A DNA stretch of 64,000 nt, from the NCBI RefSeq assembly GCF_963921235.1, contig NC_086097.1, forward strand, positions 34,534,001 through 34,598,000, in the 5' to 3' direction. Made by a program: the position numbers and the translations under genes. Under the pieces are notes generated by a model. It did not search any database. It was not told where the DNA came from and saw only the letters and a program-made list of their open reading frames with translations. The DNA comes from Mobula hypostoma. Its lineage: Eukaryota. Positions 1 to 13,815 of this stretch are shown here, piece after piece (position 1 is the stretch's first letter; every line of letters begins with the position of its first letter).

Positions 1-213
1 TTCCATGCACTCACCACTCTCTGCATAGTAAACTTACCCCTGACATCTCCTCTGTACCTAGTTCCAAGCACCTTAAAACCGTGTCCTCTCATGTTAGCCA
101 TTTCAACCCTGGGAAAAAGCCTCTGGATATCCACACGATCAATACCTCTCATCATCTTACACACCTCCATCAGGTCACCTCTCATCCTACCTCGCTCCAA
201 GGAGAAAAGGCCA
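1..213 (-). mobile_element. CR1 LINE 3' fragment
   Basis: Resembles the RT C-terminal/3' region of the other CR1 copies in the window (e.g. 38813-39300). Confidence 0.65.
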
Positions 214-1426
214 ATATATGTGAGAGGGTTGAAAGTCATTAAATAGAATGGTTCTTGCTCATTGCTGACTCCTAACAGATAATATTTTTGCATGGAAAGT
301 AAACCAACACTGGAATAAATGATTCATCAATAAATGATGCACTAGTCAACAAGTAGCTTTTAGATAGGATACCAGACATTTCTTTAATCGGTCAACACAA
401 TGGGATTAGAATAGCCCATTCCACTTTATGAGCTTTCTCCATCGTTCAGTTAAATCAGTTTTATCCTGTCTTTCCTCTGTATCCCATAAGATGTACCATA
501 TGCTCAGCTTAGCCATCTTTCCTGTGTCCCATAAGCTCAGCTTTCCCACCGTTCCTGTGTTCCGTAAGATATGTACCCATTAAGAAAGTTAAAAGCTTCA
601 CATTTCTCCAAAGAAAATTGAAGATGTAGTCCTCACTTTTTTTCCACAAACTGTCCCTGATGAACAACTCCATCCCCCTCCCCGGCCTGACAGTTAACAA
701 CGTGAGCTGAGCTTCCATTCCGTAATTTCTAGTTATGGTGGCTGAATTAATGGTGTTAAGTAGGATAAATGAACTTAATAAGCCATTGCTTATATGAAAT
801 TTAAGAATAATCAATATTAAGAACTAAATACCCAGGCTACTTGTAAATCAAAGAACTACAGAAATGAGAAGACTTGAGCAGAGAGAGATTGCTGCACTGA
901 AAAATGCAATAGTATTACAGGATGGATGCAAGGATATATTTGTTGGTTAACTCTAGAATTAAGAATCACAAGCTCAAAATCAGGAATTAACCATCTTAGG
1001 ACTGAAAAGATGAATATTTCAGATTTTCTACCCAAGACAACTTAACATTCAAAATTGAAATTGATAAGATTTTTGGACATTGGAGGAATTTACAGATTTG
1101 GGGATAGGGCAGAGAAATTGTACTGAGGTAGAAGATCAAACATCTTACTGAACAATACAACAGACTTCAGCACTCATCATCTATAGTACACCAACACCAC
1201 GACAATTTTTAAACTACAAGTGAATTTTGGGCAAACTTACAACAGAAAATTTGTCAACCAACAACTCCTTTAAAATTTCCATCAAGACTTCATTATCAGT
1301 ATTTTTACAATGCTCCAAGATCTTCAATCACTTCTCCAATTCTTGTATCTTCTCTATCACTACCACAGCTGCCTCACCTTCAGTTATCCAGCTCTAAAAT
1401 AAGTTTTATAGATAATTTTTCACTTA

Positions 1427-1585
<159 letters not shown>

Positions 1586-1974
1586 TCAAATAAACAAAGA
1601 CCACTGGCAAAATAAAAAAGACCAGTATACAAAATCATAATTTTATATAGTTTAAAAAGCACAAAATGCTATTATAATTGTTCATTTGAAAAGCTTACGG
1701 ACAGGAGCTAACTCCAAAGATGACCATTGACTAATTAAATGCAATGGGTTTCAGACTATTAATCCCTCTCTCATGGAGCTTCTGTGGCTGTATGAATATG
1801 GTCTTTCAGGTGGACTAAAAAATTTGCTGGATGAACTCAGAAGTTCAAAAAGCACGAAGAAAGAAATTGTCAACATTTCAGGTCAAAATCCTGCGTCAGG
1901 ACCAAGAGTGGTAAGGTGAGATGACTAATATTAAGAAAAGGGCTGTGGTGAAAAACGAGTCCAAGGTGATTGAT

Positions 1975-2818
1975 AAACATGAGAAATTCTGCAGATGCTG
2001 GAAATTCAAAGTAACAAATACAAAATGCTAGAGGAACTCAGCGGTCAGGCAGCTTCTACAAATTAACAGTCGACGCTTTGGCCGAGACCCTTCCCAGGAC
2101 TGGACAGGGATAAGATGCCAGAATAAGAAGGTGGGGGGAGGGGAAGGAGGCTAGGTGAAGCCAGTTTGGTGGAAAAGGTAAAGGGCTGGAGAAGAAGGAA
2201 TCTGATAGGGGAGGAAAGTTGGCCATAGGAGGAAGGGAAGGAGAAGGAGACCCAGGGGAGGTGATAGAGGTAAGAGGCTAGAGTGGGGAAGAGAAGGAGG
2301 GAGAGGGAGGAGGGAAATTTTTCACCGAAAAGAGAAATCAATTTTCATGCCATCAGGTTGGAGGCTACCCAGAGAGAATATAAGGGGTTGCTCCTCCACC
2401 CTCATCATGGTACAAGAGGAGGCCATGGACTGACCTGTCAGAACTGGAATGGGAATCTGAATTAAAGTGTTTGGCCACGAGGAAGTTCTGCGTTTGGCAG
2501 ACAGAGCGGAGGTGCATGAAGTGGTCCCCAAATTTATGATGGGTCTCACTGATGTAGAGGGGGCCATATCAGAAGCACTGGACAAAATAGACAACCCCAG
2601 TAGATTCACTCTGGCCTCACCTGGAAGGAGTGTTTGGTGTCCTAAATGGAGGCGAAAGAAAAGGTGAATGGGCAGGTAAAGCATTTCTTCCACTTGTAGG
2701 AATAAGTGTCAGGAGTCCCTGTAGAAAGTGGGGAGGGGGAGTGTAATACATTTGGTGGTAGGATCCCCATGGAGATGGTAGAGGTTACGGACAATGATGT
2801 GTTGGATGTGGAGGCTCA
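1975..2818 (-). mobile_element. Penelope-like element, inverted 3' segment (GIY-YIG end plus pseudo-LTR)
   Basis: ORF 2322-2693 ends in EEQPLIFSLGSLQPDGMKIDFS, the same C-terminus as the intact GIY-YIG ORF at 50726. The reverse complement of the pLTR tail is at 1975-2100. Confidence 0.8.
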
Positions 2819-2825
2819 AAGGAAC

Positions 2826-4803
2826 CCACCTCCACTTCAGCACTCCTCTCTCCTTACTCCCTCTGAATGCACTGTCCTCCACTCTCTCCACCTTAGCATC
2901 AAATCTACAGACAGAGGTGTGGCACACTGACCTCTGCTTTGCTGAGGCCAAGTGGCAACCCTCAGACCTCCTCATAACCACCCCTCGAAGAGGACCCCCC
3001 CCAGACCATCAGAAAACTATCTCCAACACCATCGCTGACCTCATCACCTCTGGAGAACTCCCATCCACTGCCAAATTCATAGTTCCCTTACCCTATACTT
3101 CCTACCCAAGATCTACAAACCCGACTGTCCACGTAGGTCCATTGTCTCTCCCTGCTCCTGCCCCACCGAACTTGTGTCCCCATACCTTGATTCCATTCTA
3201 TCCCCCTTACTTCAGTACCTTCTCACCTACACCCACAATTCTCATGCTCTCAATCTCCTCCCAATTTTCAATTCCTTGGTCCAGACTGCCTCCTTTTCAC
3301 CATGGATATCCTTTACCAACCAGTTCCCCTCCACTACCACCCTCCTCAGTCTGGCAGCACTGGTCCTTGCCCCTCAACAACTTTCCCTTTGACACCTCCA
3401 ACTTTATCCATGGGCATACGCTATGCCTGCCTTTTCATTGGCTATGTAGTACCGTCCATGTTCCAAGCCTTTCTTGATAATGCTCCCCAACTCTTCCTCC
3501 ACTACACTGACAACTGCACTATCGCTGCTTCATGCTGAGCACGTCAATGTCATTAACTTTACCTCTAACTTCCACTCCGCCCTTAAATTCACCTGCTCCA
3601 TTTCTGACACCACCCTCCCCTTTCTCAATCTCTCTGTCTCCATCTCTGGAGACCAAATGATGACCAACATCTTTATAAATCTACTGATTCCCATGGTTAT
3701 CTTGAGTATAGCACTTCCAACCCTGTCTCCTGTAAAAATGCTATTCCCTCTTCTCAGTTCCTTCGTCTCTACCGTATCTGTTACCAGGATGTGGCTTTCC
3801 TTTCCAGGACATCAGAGATGTCCTCCTTCTTTAAAGAACAGGGTTTCCCTTCCTCCATCATTGATGCTTTCCTCTATTTCCTGAACATCCACACTCACTT
3901 TGTCGTCCCACCCCCATAACAGTGATACATTTCCTCTTGTCCTTATCTACCACCCCATGAGGCTCTGCATCCAACACATCATCCCCACAATTTCGGCCAT
4001 CTCCAAAGGTTTCTACCACCAAACACATCTTTACCTCGCCCCCTTGCTCTGCTTTCCGCTGAGATCGCTCCCTCCGAGATTCTCTTGGCCATTTGTCCTT
4101 CCTCACTCATCTCCCTCCTGGCACTTATCCCTGTAAGTGGAAGAAGTGCTACACCTGCCTATTCGCCTCATTTCAGGGCCCCATACAGTCCTTCCAGGTG
4201 AGGCAACACTTCAGTTGCAAATCTCCTAGGGTGCCCAGTGCTCCTGATGCAGGCTCCTTTACCTGTTGTAAATTGGGTGACCACTTCATCAAGTACCTCT
4301 GCTCCATCTGCCACAAGTAAGAAAGCATAGCGGCCAAACATTTTAATTTGATCCCCATTCACATTCCAATATGTCGGTTCATGGCTTCCTCTTGTGCCCC
4401 AATGAGGCCATCCTTAGGGTGGACGAGCAACACCTTATTTTCCAACTGGGTAGCCTGCAACCAGATGGCATGAATATTGATTTTTCCTTACAGTTAAAAA
4501 AAATTCACTCCCCTTCTCTCTTCTTCTATTCCCTGCTGGCCTCATCTCTTCTCACCTCTCCCTGGATCCACTCCTCCTTCCTTTTCTTCTAGGGTCCACT
4601 CTCCTCTCCAGCCCTTTACCTTTCCTACCCACCTGGCTTCACCTGTCACTTTCTGTCAATCCTCCTCCCACCACCTTTTTACTCTAGCGTCTTGCCCTAC
4701 TTTTCCAGTCCTGATGAAGGGTCGCGGCCCAAAACGTCAACTGTGTATTCATGTCCACATGTCCATAGATGCTGCCTGGCCTGCTGAGGTCCTCCGGCAT
4801 TGT
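2826..4803 (+). mobile_element. Penelope-like element (decayed RT + GIY-YIG + pseudo-LTR)
   Basis: Fragmented RT-like (MGIRYACLFIGYV...YTDNC; LPFLNLSVSI) and EN-like (PPGTYPCKWKKCYTC; EQHLIFQLGSLQPDGMNIDFS) ORFs. pLTR with degenerate hammerhead at ~4705-4743. Lies in inverted arrangement with 1975-2818, as is typical of PLEs. Confidence 0.85.
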
Positions 4804-4895
4804 AGGTGATTAGTGGGCTGAGGCGGGGTGTCGGATGACAAGCAAGTCGTACCAGGTATGGGAAAGGAGTACTGAAATGTGAATGATGGAAAGAG

Positions 4896-5352
4896 TTATA
4901 TCATATGGGACCATCATATGTTGAAAGATTGGAGCGACTGGGCTTGTATACACTGGAATTTAGAAGGATGAGAGGGGATCTGATTGAAACATATAAGATT
5001 ATTAAGGGATTGGACATGCTAGAGGCAGGAAACATGTTCCTGATGTTGGGGGAGTCCAGAACCAGAGGCCACAGTTTAAAAATAAGGGGTAGACCATTTA
5101 GAACGGAGTTGAGGAAAAACTTTTTCACCCAGCGGGTCGTGGATCTGTGGAATGCTCTGCCTCAGAAGGCAGTGGAAGCCAATTCTCCGGATTCTTTCAA
5201 GAAAGAGTGAGATAGAGCTCTTAATGATAGCGGAGTGAAGGGATATGGGGTGAAGGCAGGAACGGGGTACTGATTGTGGATGATCAGCCATGATCACAGT
5301 GAATGGTGGTGCTGGCTCGAAGGGCTGAATGGCCTACTCCTGCACCCATTGT
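4896..5352 (+). mobile_element. CR1 LINE 3' end
   Basis: ORF 4905-5210 (LGLYTLEFRRMRGDLIETYKI...TRGHSLK...FFTQRVV.LWNALP) is the canonical CR1 ORF2 C-terminus, followed by a 3' UTR. Confidence 0.9.
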
Positions 5353-5559
5353 CTGTTGTTAGACAAAAAGAAAATGAATTAAAAAGTTGGAGGAGGAGGG
5401 AGGGAAGGTTTGACAATCCCATTTCCAGAAGGGACATTAAACTGACCCAACTTATCTAATGGACAAACCCCCTCAGCAGATCGAGCAGCATCTGTGGGAA
5501 GGAAAGTTTTGGGCCGAAACCTTGTATCAAGACCCTTTGAAGAAGCTAACGCTTCCCTT

Positions 5560-6420
5560 CACTGAACTCACGGGCAAGTCAGGTTAATCTGTTTTCAGTC
5601 CAACAGCCACCGTCGACAACAAAGATGATCCGGTGGTTGGTAACTGGGTGGCCTGCTCCCCTCACGCGCTGTACTTTAAAACCTCTTGCGTTCCATCCTA
5701 GGCCCGAGTATAATGAAGAGTGCGGGGATCCTCACTACAGACACGCCGAGACCGAGACCGAGCCCGGGGCGCGGAGGTCGCAGCAGCCGGAGATCCCACC
5801 GCCTCACATCACAGGGCAGGCCCACCACCCGCGCGCCGAGCTCTGCGTCACCGGGTCACGGGGTTACGGACTCCACCATTCACTCACTCTCCACCCACAC
5901 CGTTCTTTTCCCACTCCGGTTCTCCGGAAATAATTAGTTTTCAGAGTGGAACTTGTGTCTAATGGCAATGAAGTGGTGTATCAATGGTTAAACCCCAGGT
6001 TTATCTGTATGACATTTATCATTCACCCCCCCCCTCTCTCCACGATGGTAAGGCGGTCCGCTGCCCTTTGCCCCGGTAGTAGTCGGAGTCTCCGCGGCCT
6101 GGGTCAGTGCGGACGGGCGATTTGGGTCGCTCAGGTGGGTTATGATGGAGTGAGGCGGCGAACCGATGCTCACCGGACAGATGGGTGTGATCGCGGCCCA
6201 GCCTTACCGGGAGGCCGTCCTTTGGGTCGGGCTCCCCGGGAGATGAGCCCGGCAATTCCCTTGCCGGCTCTTCCAACGTTAACCAGTCCCGGTGACTGCG
6301 CTCTCCTTGTCGCTCGTCTCCCGCGGCCTGTCCCCTGGTGCTTGGCGCTGCCGCTAAAGGTCAGCTCGGGGACGATGCTGCCGTCAGGACAGGATTTGGT
6401 TAAAGTAGGCACGGCGTTGA
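5560..6420. promoter_or_regulatory. CpG island, putative bidirectional promoter and non-coding first exons of CPSF2 (-) and NDUFB1 (+)
   Basis: Unique CpG-rich sequence between two divergent genes. ETS/GABP-like CCGGAA at 5924-5929. Candidate minus-strand donor GTGAGT at 5571-5566; candidate plus-strand donors GTAAGG at 6048 and GTCAGC at 6360. Confidence 0.75.
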
Positions 6421-6974
6421 TAAAACAACCGGGACTTTAAATACAGGGCAACAAAATGTAGACAGTTCGTTTCTCCCACAAATTTTGCTGAGTGCCTCTT
6501 AACAGATTGTTGTTGCTACAGATTCCAGCCTCTGCAGTCACTTGTGTCTTTACATGGTCGTGGGGGGGGGGGGGGGTTGAGGTTATAGATAGGAAAATAA
6601 GTGTTTGATGTTTAACGTGAAGCAATAAGTGTAAGGGAGAGTAAAATATAGAAAGCGAAGTGGCATCACATTGACCTTTAAGGCAGCATTAATGTTGATT
6701 ATGGGATTCATTTACGAGATGCAGCCAATTTACTGTTCATTATTGTTCGTTATCATTGAGATGTTGCAGGATGAATTACCCACACACTGTCGGTAGGGAA
6801 AGTAGTTTCACAATTCTGGTGTATGGAAGATGTAGAATATATGACAAATTTTTTTTTTACCTCCATTGTATGCTTGTTGGTTGACCTAATCATATCTATG
6901 TCTGAAATCCTGCTGGTCTGCACAACTACTTTTTAGATTAACTGTTATTTTGTGATAATGAAGGCTCAGAGATT

Positions 6975-8350
6975 TAGACCGTAAGACATAGGAGCAGAAT
7001 TAGGCCATTCAGCCTTTCAAGTCTGCTCTGCCATTCTGTCATGGCTGATCCCAGATCCCACTCAACCCCATACACCTGCCTTTTCTTGCCATATCTTTTG
7101 ATGCCCTGACCGATCAGGAAACAATCATTTTCTGCTGTAAATATATGCACGGACTTGGCCTCCACCGCAGTCTATGGCAGAGCATTCCACAGATTCACTG
7201 CTCTCTGGTTTAAAAAAAATTCCTCCTTACCTCTGTTCTAAAAGGTCACCCCTCAGTTTTGAGACTGTGCCCTCTAGTTCTGGATACCCCCACCATAGGA
7301 AACATCCTCTCCGCATCCACCTTATCTCGTCCTTTCAACATTTGGTAGGTTTCAATGAGATTCCCCACCTCCCCGCATTCTAAATTCCAGTGAATACAGA
7401 CCCAAAGTTGCCAAACACTTCTCATGTTAACCCCTTCATTCCTGGAATCAGCCTCGTGAACCTCCTCTGAACTCTTTCCAATGACAACACATGCTTTCTG
7501 AGATATGAGGCCCAAAACTGTTGCCAATACTCCAAGTGTGGCCTGACTAGTGTCTTATAAAGCCTCAACATTATCTCCTTGCTTTTATATTCTGTTCCCC
7601 TTGAAATGAATGCCAAAATTGCATTTGCCTTCTTTACCACAGACTCAACCTGTAAATTAACCTTCTTGAAGTTTTGCATGAGGACTCCTAAGTCCCTCTG
7701 CACCTCTGATGTTTGAACCTTCTCCCCGTTGAGATAATAGTCCGCACTATTTTACCAAAATACGTTGTCATACATTTTCCATCGCTTTATTCCATCTGCC
7801 ACTTTTTTGCCCATTCTTCCAATTTAAGTCCTGCTGCGATCGCATTACTGCCTCAGCACCACAACTCCCTGACACTCACGGACCTGTGAAACACTGCTAG
7901 TGTCTTTCACAGTGTAGAATGATGCAAAGTACCCGTTATGTTCATCTGCCATTTCTTTGTCCCCCATTACTACCTCACCAGCATCATTTTCCAGTGGTCC
8001 AATATCAACTCTCACCTCCCTTTTACTCTTTATATAACCAAGAAAACTTTTAGTATCCTGCTTTATATTATTGGCTAGTTTGTTCTCATTGTTCATCTTT
8101 TTCCTTATAGCTTTTTTAGTTGCCTTTCTTGGATTTTAAAAGCTTCCCAATCATCCAACTCACTTTTGCTACCTTATTCCTTTGCGACACTGATACATGT
8201 GACTTGTGCTTCTCCCTCTCAAATTGCAGTATGAATTCAATCATATGATCACTGCCTCCTAAGGGTCCCTTTACATTAAGCTCCCTAATAAGATCTGGAT
8301 TATTACACCCAATCTAAGATGGTTTTTCCCTGAGTAGGCTCAAGTACGAG
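6975..8350 (-). mobile_element. CR1 LINE, decayed 3' half
   Basis: ORF fragments 7845-8096, 7422-7703 (LYKTLVRPHLEY) and 7246-7527 (TRGHSLK). Confidence 0.88.
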
Positions 8351-8994
8351 CTGCCAAGTTGTGTAATGTGATTTTTATATTTAAGGTGGCATAGAACATA
8401 GAATGCAGCCCTTTAACACAAGCTGTTGTTCTGACCTATATAAACCTACTGTACAATGAATCTAACCCTTCCCTCCTACACAACCCATAATGCTCCATTT
8501 TTTGTACATCAATGTGCTTATCTGAAATTGTTTCTATTGTATCAGCCTGCACTACCCTGCCAGGCAGTACATTCTGGGCACCTGCCTTTCGCTGTGCATG
8601 TTGCTGAGGGTGACATTTAAATAAATGAATAGGTCCTTACAGGGGACAATTCATTAAACTTTCAAGTAATTTGTAGAATACTTAAAACTAATAAGCTTGA
8701 TTATGCAGGCAGTTAAACCCAAATTAAACAATCGTTATCTCTTTTGTGCCTCCTATCCCTTCAACTCTTCCTCTATTTGCCTTCCCATCTGATGTTGTTA
8801 TCTGACTTTGTATTTACAATTTGTCGTCTTTCCTCCTGTCCTTCCCCTCATGCCAGGATTTCTGTAAGTAGTTGCTGAACACTGAAACAGGCCCTTCGGC
8901 CCACTGACTCAGTTCTGACGATCAAACATGCAATCATGCCAATTGTGCATTATTCTCCATTCTTCCATACATTCTTATCAAGTTCAACGTTGAA

Positions 8995-9840
8995 AAAGTT
9001 CAAAGTAAATTTATTATCATAATATGTATATGTTGCCATCTATAACCCGAGATTCATTTTCTTGCAGGCAAACTCAATAAATCCAATAACATCATAGAAT
9101 CAATGAAGGATTACACCAACAGGGTGGGCAACCAGTGTGCAAAAGATAACAAACTGTGCAAATACAAAAATAGAAAAAAAAATAATAAAAATAATGAGCA
9201 ATAAATATTGAGAACATGAGGTGAAGAGTCCTTAAAAGTGGTTGTGAGAACAGTTCAGCAATGGTGGTGCAGTGGCGCAGTAACATCAGTGCGGGACTCT
9301 GGAACGGGGGTTCCCCAGTTTGAATCCAGTCAGGCCGCTCCCGAGTACGCTTTCCATCCGTGCCGGGTTGAGTGTTGAGCTCCCAACTCAACCTCGTAAA
9401 ATAAAGAAAAACACTGCGAAATGTCTGTGCAAGGAGTGGCGTTCCACACAGCCTTCCAGTCCGCACCTTGTAATGCATGAAAATGCCCGACGCTGGCCTG
9501 TCAGGCCTGAGTCGACATCGTCATCATCATCATCATCATCAAGTGAAGTTGAGTGAAGTTATCCCTTTTGGTTCAGGAGCCTGATGGTTGAGGGGGTTAT
9601 AACTCTTCCTGAATCTGATGCTGTGAGTCCTGTGGCTCCTGTTGAAGGCAGCAGCACGAAAAGAGCATGACCTGGGTAGCGGGAGTCCCTGATGATGGAT
9701 ACTGCTTTCCTGTGACAGTGCTCGATGTAGATGTGCTCACTCACTGGTGGGGAAAGCTTTACCTGTGATGGACTGGGCCATATCCACTAGTTTTTGTAGG
9801 ATTTTCTGTTCATGGCATTGGTGTTTCTATACCAGGCTGA
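8995..9840 (-). mobile_element. Rex/L2-type LINE 3' fragment interrupted by a plus-strand SINE (~9262-9541) with (CAT)n tail
   Basis: ORF 9559-9744 resembles the C-terminus of the 25190-26560 element. The internal insert has a tRNA-like head and a tcatcatcatc tail. Confidence 0.65.
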
Positions 9841-10903
9841 TGTAAGCAGCCCTTTATCCCCAGGTTCTAGCACTCACCTACTTTAAAGGGGAATTTTACA
9901 GTGATTTATTAAACAGGATGTGGGAAACAGCGGAGCACTTTGGACTCTAATACAGTCATGGAAAGAATTTTAAATTCCAAATAGATACCACTGGAGGTCA
10001 GGATTGAATCTTGGTTGTTGGGACCATAAAGCTATAACTCTAGTAGTTGTGCCATAGTTCAGTATGTAATTATAGTTTACTAGAAACTGCCTCTCTGGGT
10101 TATGAACACCTGACTTAAGGTCACTCCTGCATACTAATGAGCTCCCATGATATTAAATACAACAATCCAGAATCGGTTCATTCCTCAAGATAACTGTACT
10201 AGTTTACCGTAATTGTTCTAGCAAATGTTCTCATTAAGCCTTGTGTTATTACAATACTGTAACAATGTGACCTTTGTGTGTTTTCCAACTTGTGGACAAA
10301 AATCGACTCATGAAGCAACCTGCAAAATCCATGTCACTACAGTTTTGCTGCACTGACTACTGAGATCTAAAATGAACTTCTTTTTGTTCTAATTGTGGTT
10401 TCCTGAAAAAATTGTGTATAATGTATATTTAATTTTTCTAGTGAATGCGGATGTTCGTGCTGCCTTTCTTTTCTTTCTTGGTTTCATGGCTACACGGAGA
10501 ATTGAAGAATTTCAGAGTTGTATACTTTGTTAATAAACGAGCCTTGAGCCTTTGTATGATATGTGCTTGTGACGCTGTTTTTCTCATTGCATTTCTGCAT
10601 ATGACAGTAAACTTGGCTTTGGAAAATGGAACCCAAAAATGGCCTGTATTGTTTTATTTAAAACTGACTTTCTTGTTTTTTTTCTATAATATTTTTAAAT
10701 GATATCACTTGTACAGATACAGTTCACTCTCAAATAAGCTAGCTAAGGTTACTTTGGCTCCTATGAGTAAAGTTCGTATAGCCAATTTTTTTTTAGACCA
10801 AATTATCTTTTGTTTTAAAAAAGGAGAATTCAGTTATGTATTTAGGAGTACATCATTGTGTGTTTTGTCATTAGTAATTTATTTTTTTTCCCTCCTTAGC
10901 ACA

Positions 10904-11040
10904 ATGAACCTGGTTGGTATTGTACGTGATCACTGGTATAATATCCTCGTCCCTCTGGGTTTTGTATTGGGATGTTATTTTGACAGAAGGAATGATGAAA
11001 GGCTTACGGCATTCAGAAACAAAAGCTTACTGTATCGACG
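10904..11040 (+). CDS. NDUFB1: NADH:ubiquinone oxidoreductase subunit B1, coding exon 1
   Basis: [45 protein letters not shown](R). Polypyrimidine-AG acceptor ending at 10899; GTGAGT donor at 11041 (phase 2). Confidence 0.96.
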
Positions 11041-11245
11041 GTGAGTATAAAATTTAACATTTTGATTTTGCAGCCACCTAAATTAAATGTGCTACTCAAT
11101 GTCAAATTGAGCTACTCTACTAGTTTGAGCAATCAATTACAAAGTTAAAATTGTAAGAGAGTAGAAAGATATTACATTTAATACTTATCTACTTCTGTCG
11201 TTAAAATGCCTGGCATTTAAATTATTTGTTATCTTTCCTTTTTAG

Positions 11246-11282
11246 GGAACTGAAACCAGGTGAAGAAGTGACCTGGAAGTGA
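11246..11282 (+). CDS. NDUFB1: NDUFB1 terminal coding exon
   Basis: After the ctttcctttttAG acceptor it reads (R)ELKPGEEVTWK-TGA, phase-compatible with the previous exon. Total protein 57 aa. Confidence 0.96.
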
Positions 11283-11365
11283 GAATCAATGTTTTGCTGA
11301 GAAAATGAACATTAAAATTGTCACTGCAGAAGTTTAGTCTTGTTCAATTTTCAATTAAGAATTCA

Positions 11366-11371
11366 ATTAAA
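11366..11371 (+). terminator. Candidate NDUFB1 polyadenylation signal (ATTAAA; alternative at 11311-11316)
   Basis: ATTAAA followed about 20 nt later by GT/T-rich sequence. Confidence 0.5.
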
Positions 11372-12606
11372 GTGTATTTAAAAGTGCCACTGTTGTTCCA
11401 TCTGTATTTTGATCCATCTGTATTTTGATCCATCACTAGAAATATCTACAATAATTGTGACAGATAATAAGTAGTTTAGAATTCACAAATCTGCCAACGT
11501 TTTCCTCTCCCTTCACTGGATGATAAAATGTAGGTAAACATGGTGACCATTTCACTGTACTTACCACTTCAGTAAATTGAACATATACATTGCTGTATAA
11601 CACAATATTTTTGATCCTCACTTTTAATTTTAGTGAAATGTTAAGTAATTGCGCTTTCCATTCTCTTGTAGGGGAAAATATATTTATTTAAGAAATAATT
11701 TCCAAATGATCACAGTGCTGGTGATGGAGAATGGTTGATGTGTTTTATTAGGATATCTTCTTTTTACTTTCAATGATCTTTGGTTTCCTATATTAAATTA
11801 TTTTGTTGTTAAAGGTCAGAAGTTTTACTTGTAAGACACTTTATTGGTAGAGCATACAAGCCTAACTAAATAAAGGAAATGCTTCTCAAGTTAAAGGATT
11901 ACTGAGGAAATAGTCACATGAAATGGGTTAACTTCAGGTCTGAATTGTCTACAAACAGCTTTGTCATCTTATTCATTTCATCAGTAACCCTTTGATTTTA
12001 GCATAAGTTGATAGACTGTTTTGAAGAAAGGTTAAAAGTCATTTTATTATGTTTGTAGATACTCTGATCTTCTTTTGGATTTTTTATTTTTGTCCCAAGA
12101 TTGGATTGGTCGAGAAAGATTTGGGGGTTTTGAAATTCTGGATCTAGGCATACATTGCAAATCATTTAATTTCAAAGATCTGTGAATGGAATGTGCTGTC
12201 CTGCCCAATTTCAATAAGATACTTAGTTGACTTTAAATGTTGATAACCTTCATTTGCCTTTTAGATGTTTTAGTTTTTTTACACAGTTATCAATCTTTGA
12301 GAATCCTATTAACGCTGTGATTTTTAAAATACTCTTGAGATGAGTTTTAAAAAGTGAAACTTGAAAAGTCTAGATGGTTTATGTTTATAAGCCATCTATG
12401 ATGTTGGATCACAGTGAGGTACAGATATATTTTATTTAAAGCCAAACATAACATTATGCTGCTAAGGTGAAACTAATTTCCTCCAATTTTCAGTAGGTAT
12501 TAGATGAGGGCTGTTTAATTGCTGTTAAAGCAAGTAAGTCAGGGTAAATATTTTAATGTCATTATTGAGTCATCTCAGTTAATAGACAAACTAGCTTCTG
12601 TATCGA

Positions 12607-13815
12607 GAACACGAGATTCTGCAGATGCTGGAAAGTCAGCAACTAACAAAATGACGGAGGAACTCAGCAGGTCAAGCAGCATCTATGAACATGAATAAAC
12701 AGTTGATGAGTTGGAATGGGGATATTGATTAAAATGCTTGGCCACTGGGAAATTTTGCTTTTGATGGTGGCCAACCACTTTATTTCCTACCCCACCCCTG
12801 TTCTGACATGTCAATCCATGCCCTCCTTTTCTGCCATGATGAGGCCACCCTCAGGGTGCCCATAAGATGTAGGAGCAGAATTAGGCCATTTGGCCCATCG
12901 AGTCTGATCCATTTCCCTCTCAGCCCCAATCTTATGCCTTCTCCCCATATCCCTTCATGCCCTAACCAATCAAAAATCTTTCAACCTTTGCCTTAAATAT
13001 ACCAATGACTTGGCCTCCACAGGCACCTGTGGCAATGAATTCCACTGAGTTACCACTTTCTGTTAAAGAAATTCCTTCTTATCTCTGTTCTAAATGGATC
13101 TATCTCTATTCTGAGGCAGTGCCCTCTGGTCTTCCCCACAATAGTCTTCTCCACATCCACTCTATCGAGGCCTTTCAACATTTGATAGATTTCTATATAA
13201 GATTCCCCCCTTATTCTTCTGAATTTCAGTGAGTACAGGCCCAGAGCCATCAAACGCTCCTCATGATAAGCCTTTCAATCCCAGGATCATTTTCATGAAC
13301 CTTCTTTGAAACCGCTCCAATATGAGCACATCCTTTCTTAGATTAATGGACCCAAAACTGCTCACAATACTCCAGGTGAGTCCTCAGCAGTGCCCTATAA
13401 AGGCTCAACATTACATCCTTGCTTTTATAGTCTAGTCCTCTCAAAGTGAGTGGAGGAGCAACACCTCATATTCCGTCTAGGCAGCCTCCAAGTGTTGATT
13501 TCTGCTTTTCCTTTTTTTCTTTCTTCTCCTCCTCCTTCCATTCCCCACTCTGGTCTCCTACCACTTCTCCTCACCTGCCCTTGGTGCCCTTTCTCCCATG
13601 GTCCACTCTCCTCTCCTTTCAGATTCCTTTTTAACAAGCCCTTTATCCTTTCTCATCCACCAGGCTTCACCTATCACCTTCTAGCTTGTCCTCCTTTCCT
13701 AGCCCCACCTTTTTATTCCAGTGTCAGTCCTGCCGAAGGGTTTCAACCCGAAATGTCTGTGATACTCTTCACAGATGCTGCCTGACCAGCTGAGTTTCTC
13801 CAACAGTGTGTTGCT
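12607..13815. mobile_element. Inverted Penelope fragments with a nested minus-strand CR1 3' end (~12864-13448)
   Basis: The PLE motif DEATLRV|EEQHLIFRLGSLQ is split by CR1 sequence (ORF 13050-13253 LGLYSLKFRRIRG...TRGH). pLTR arms at both ends. Confidence 0.75.

Noticed and set aside
5625-6440. Several overlapping ORFs in the GC-rich region
   Set aside because: No recognisable domains; such ORFs are an expected by-product of stop-poor CpG-island sequence.
10709-10903. N-terminal extension of NDUFB1 suggested by the 111-aa ORF
   Set aside because: The sequence is intronic and ends in a clear polypyrimidine tract and AG at 10899.
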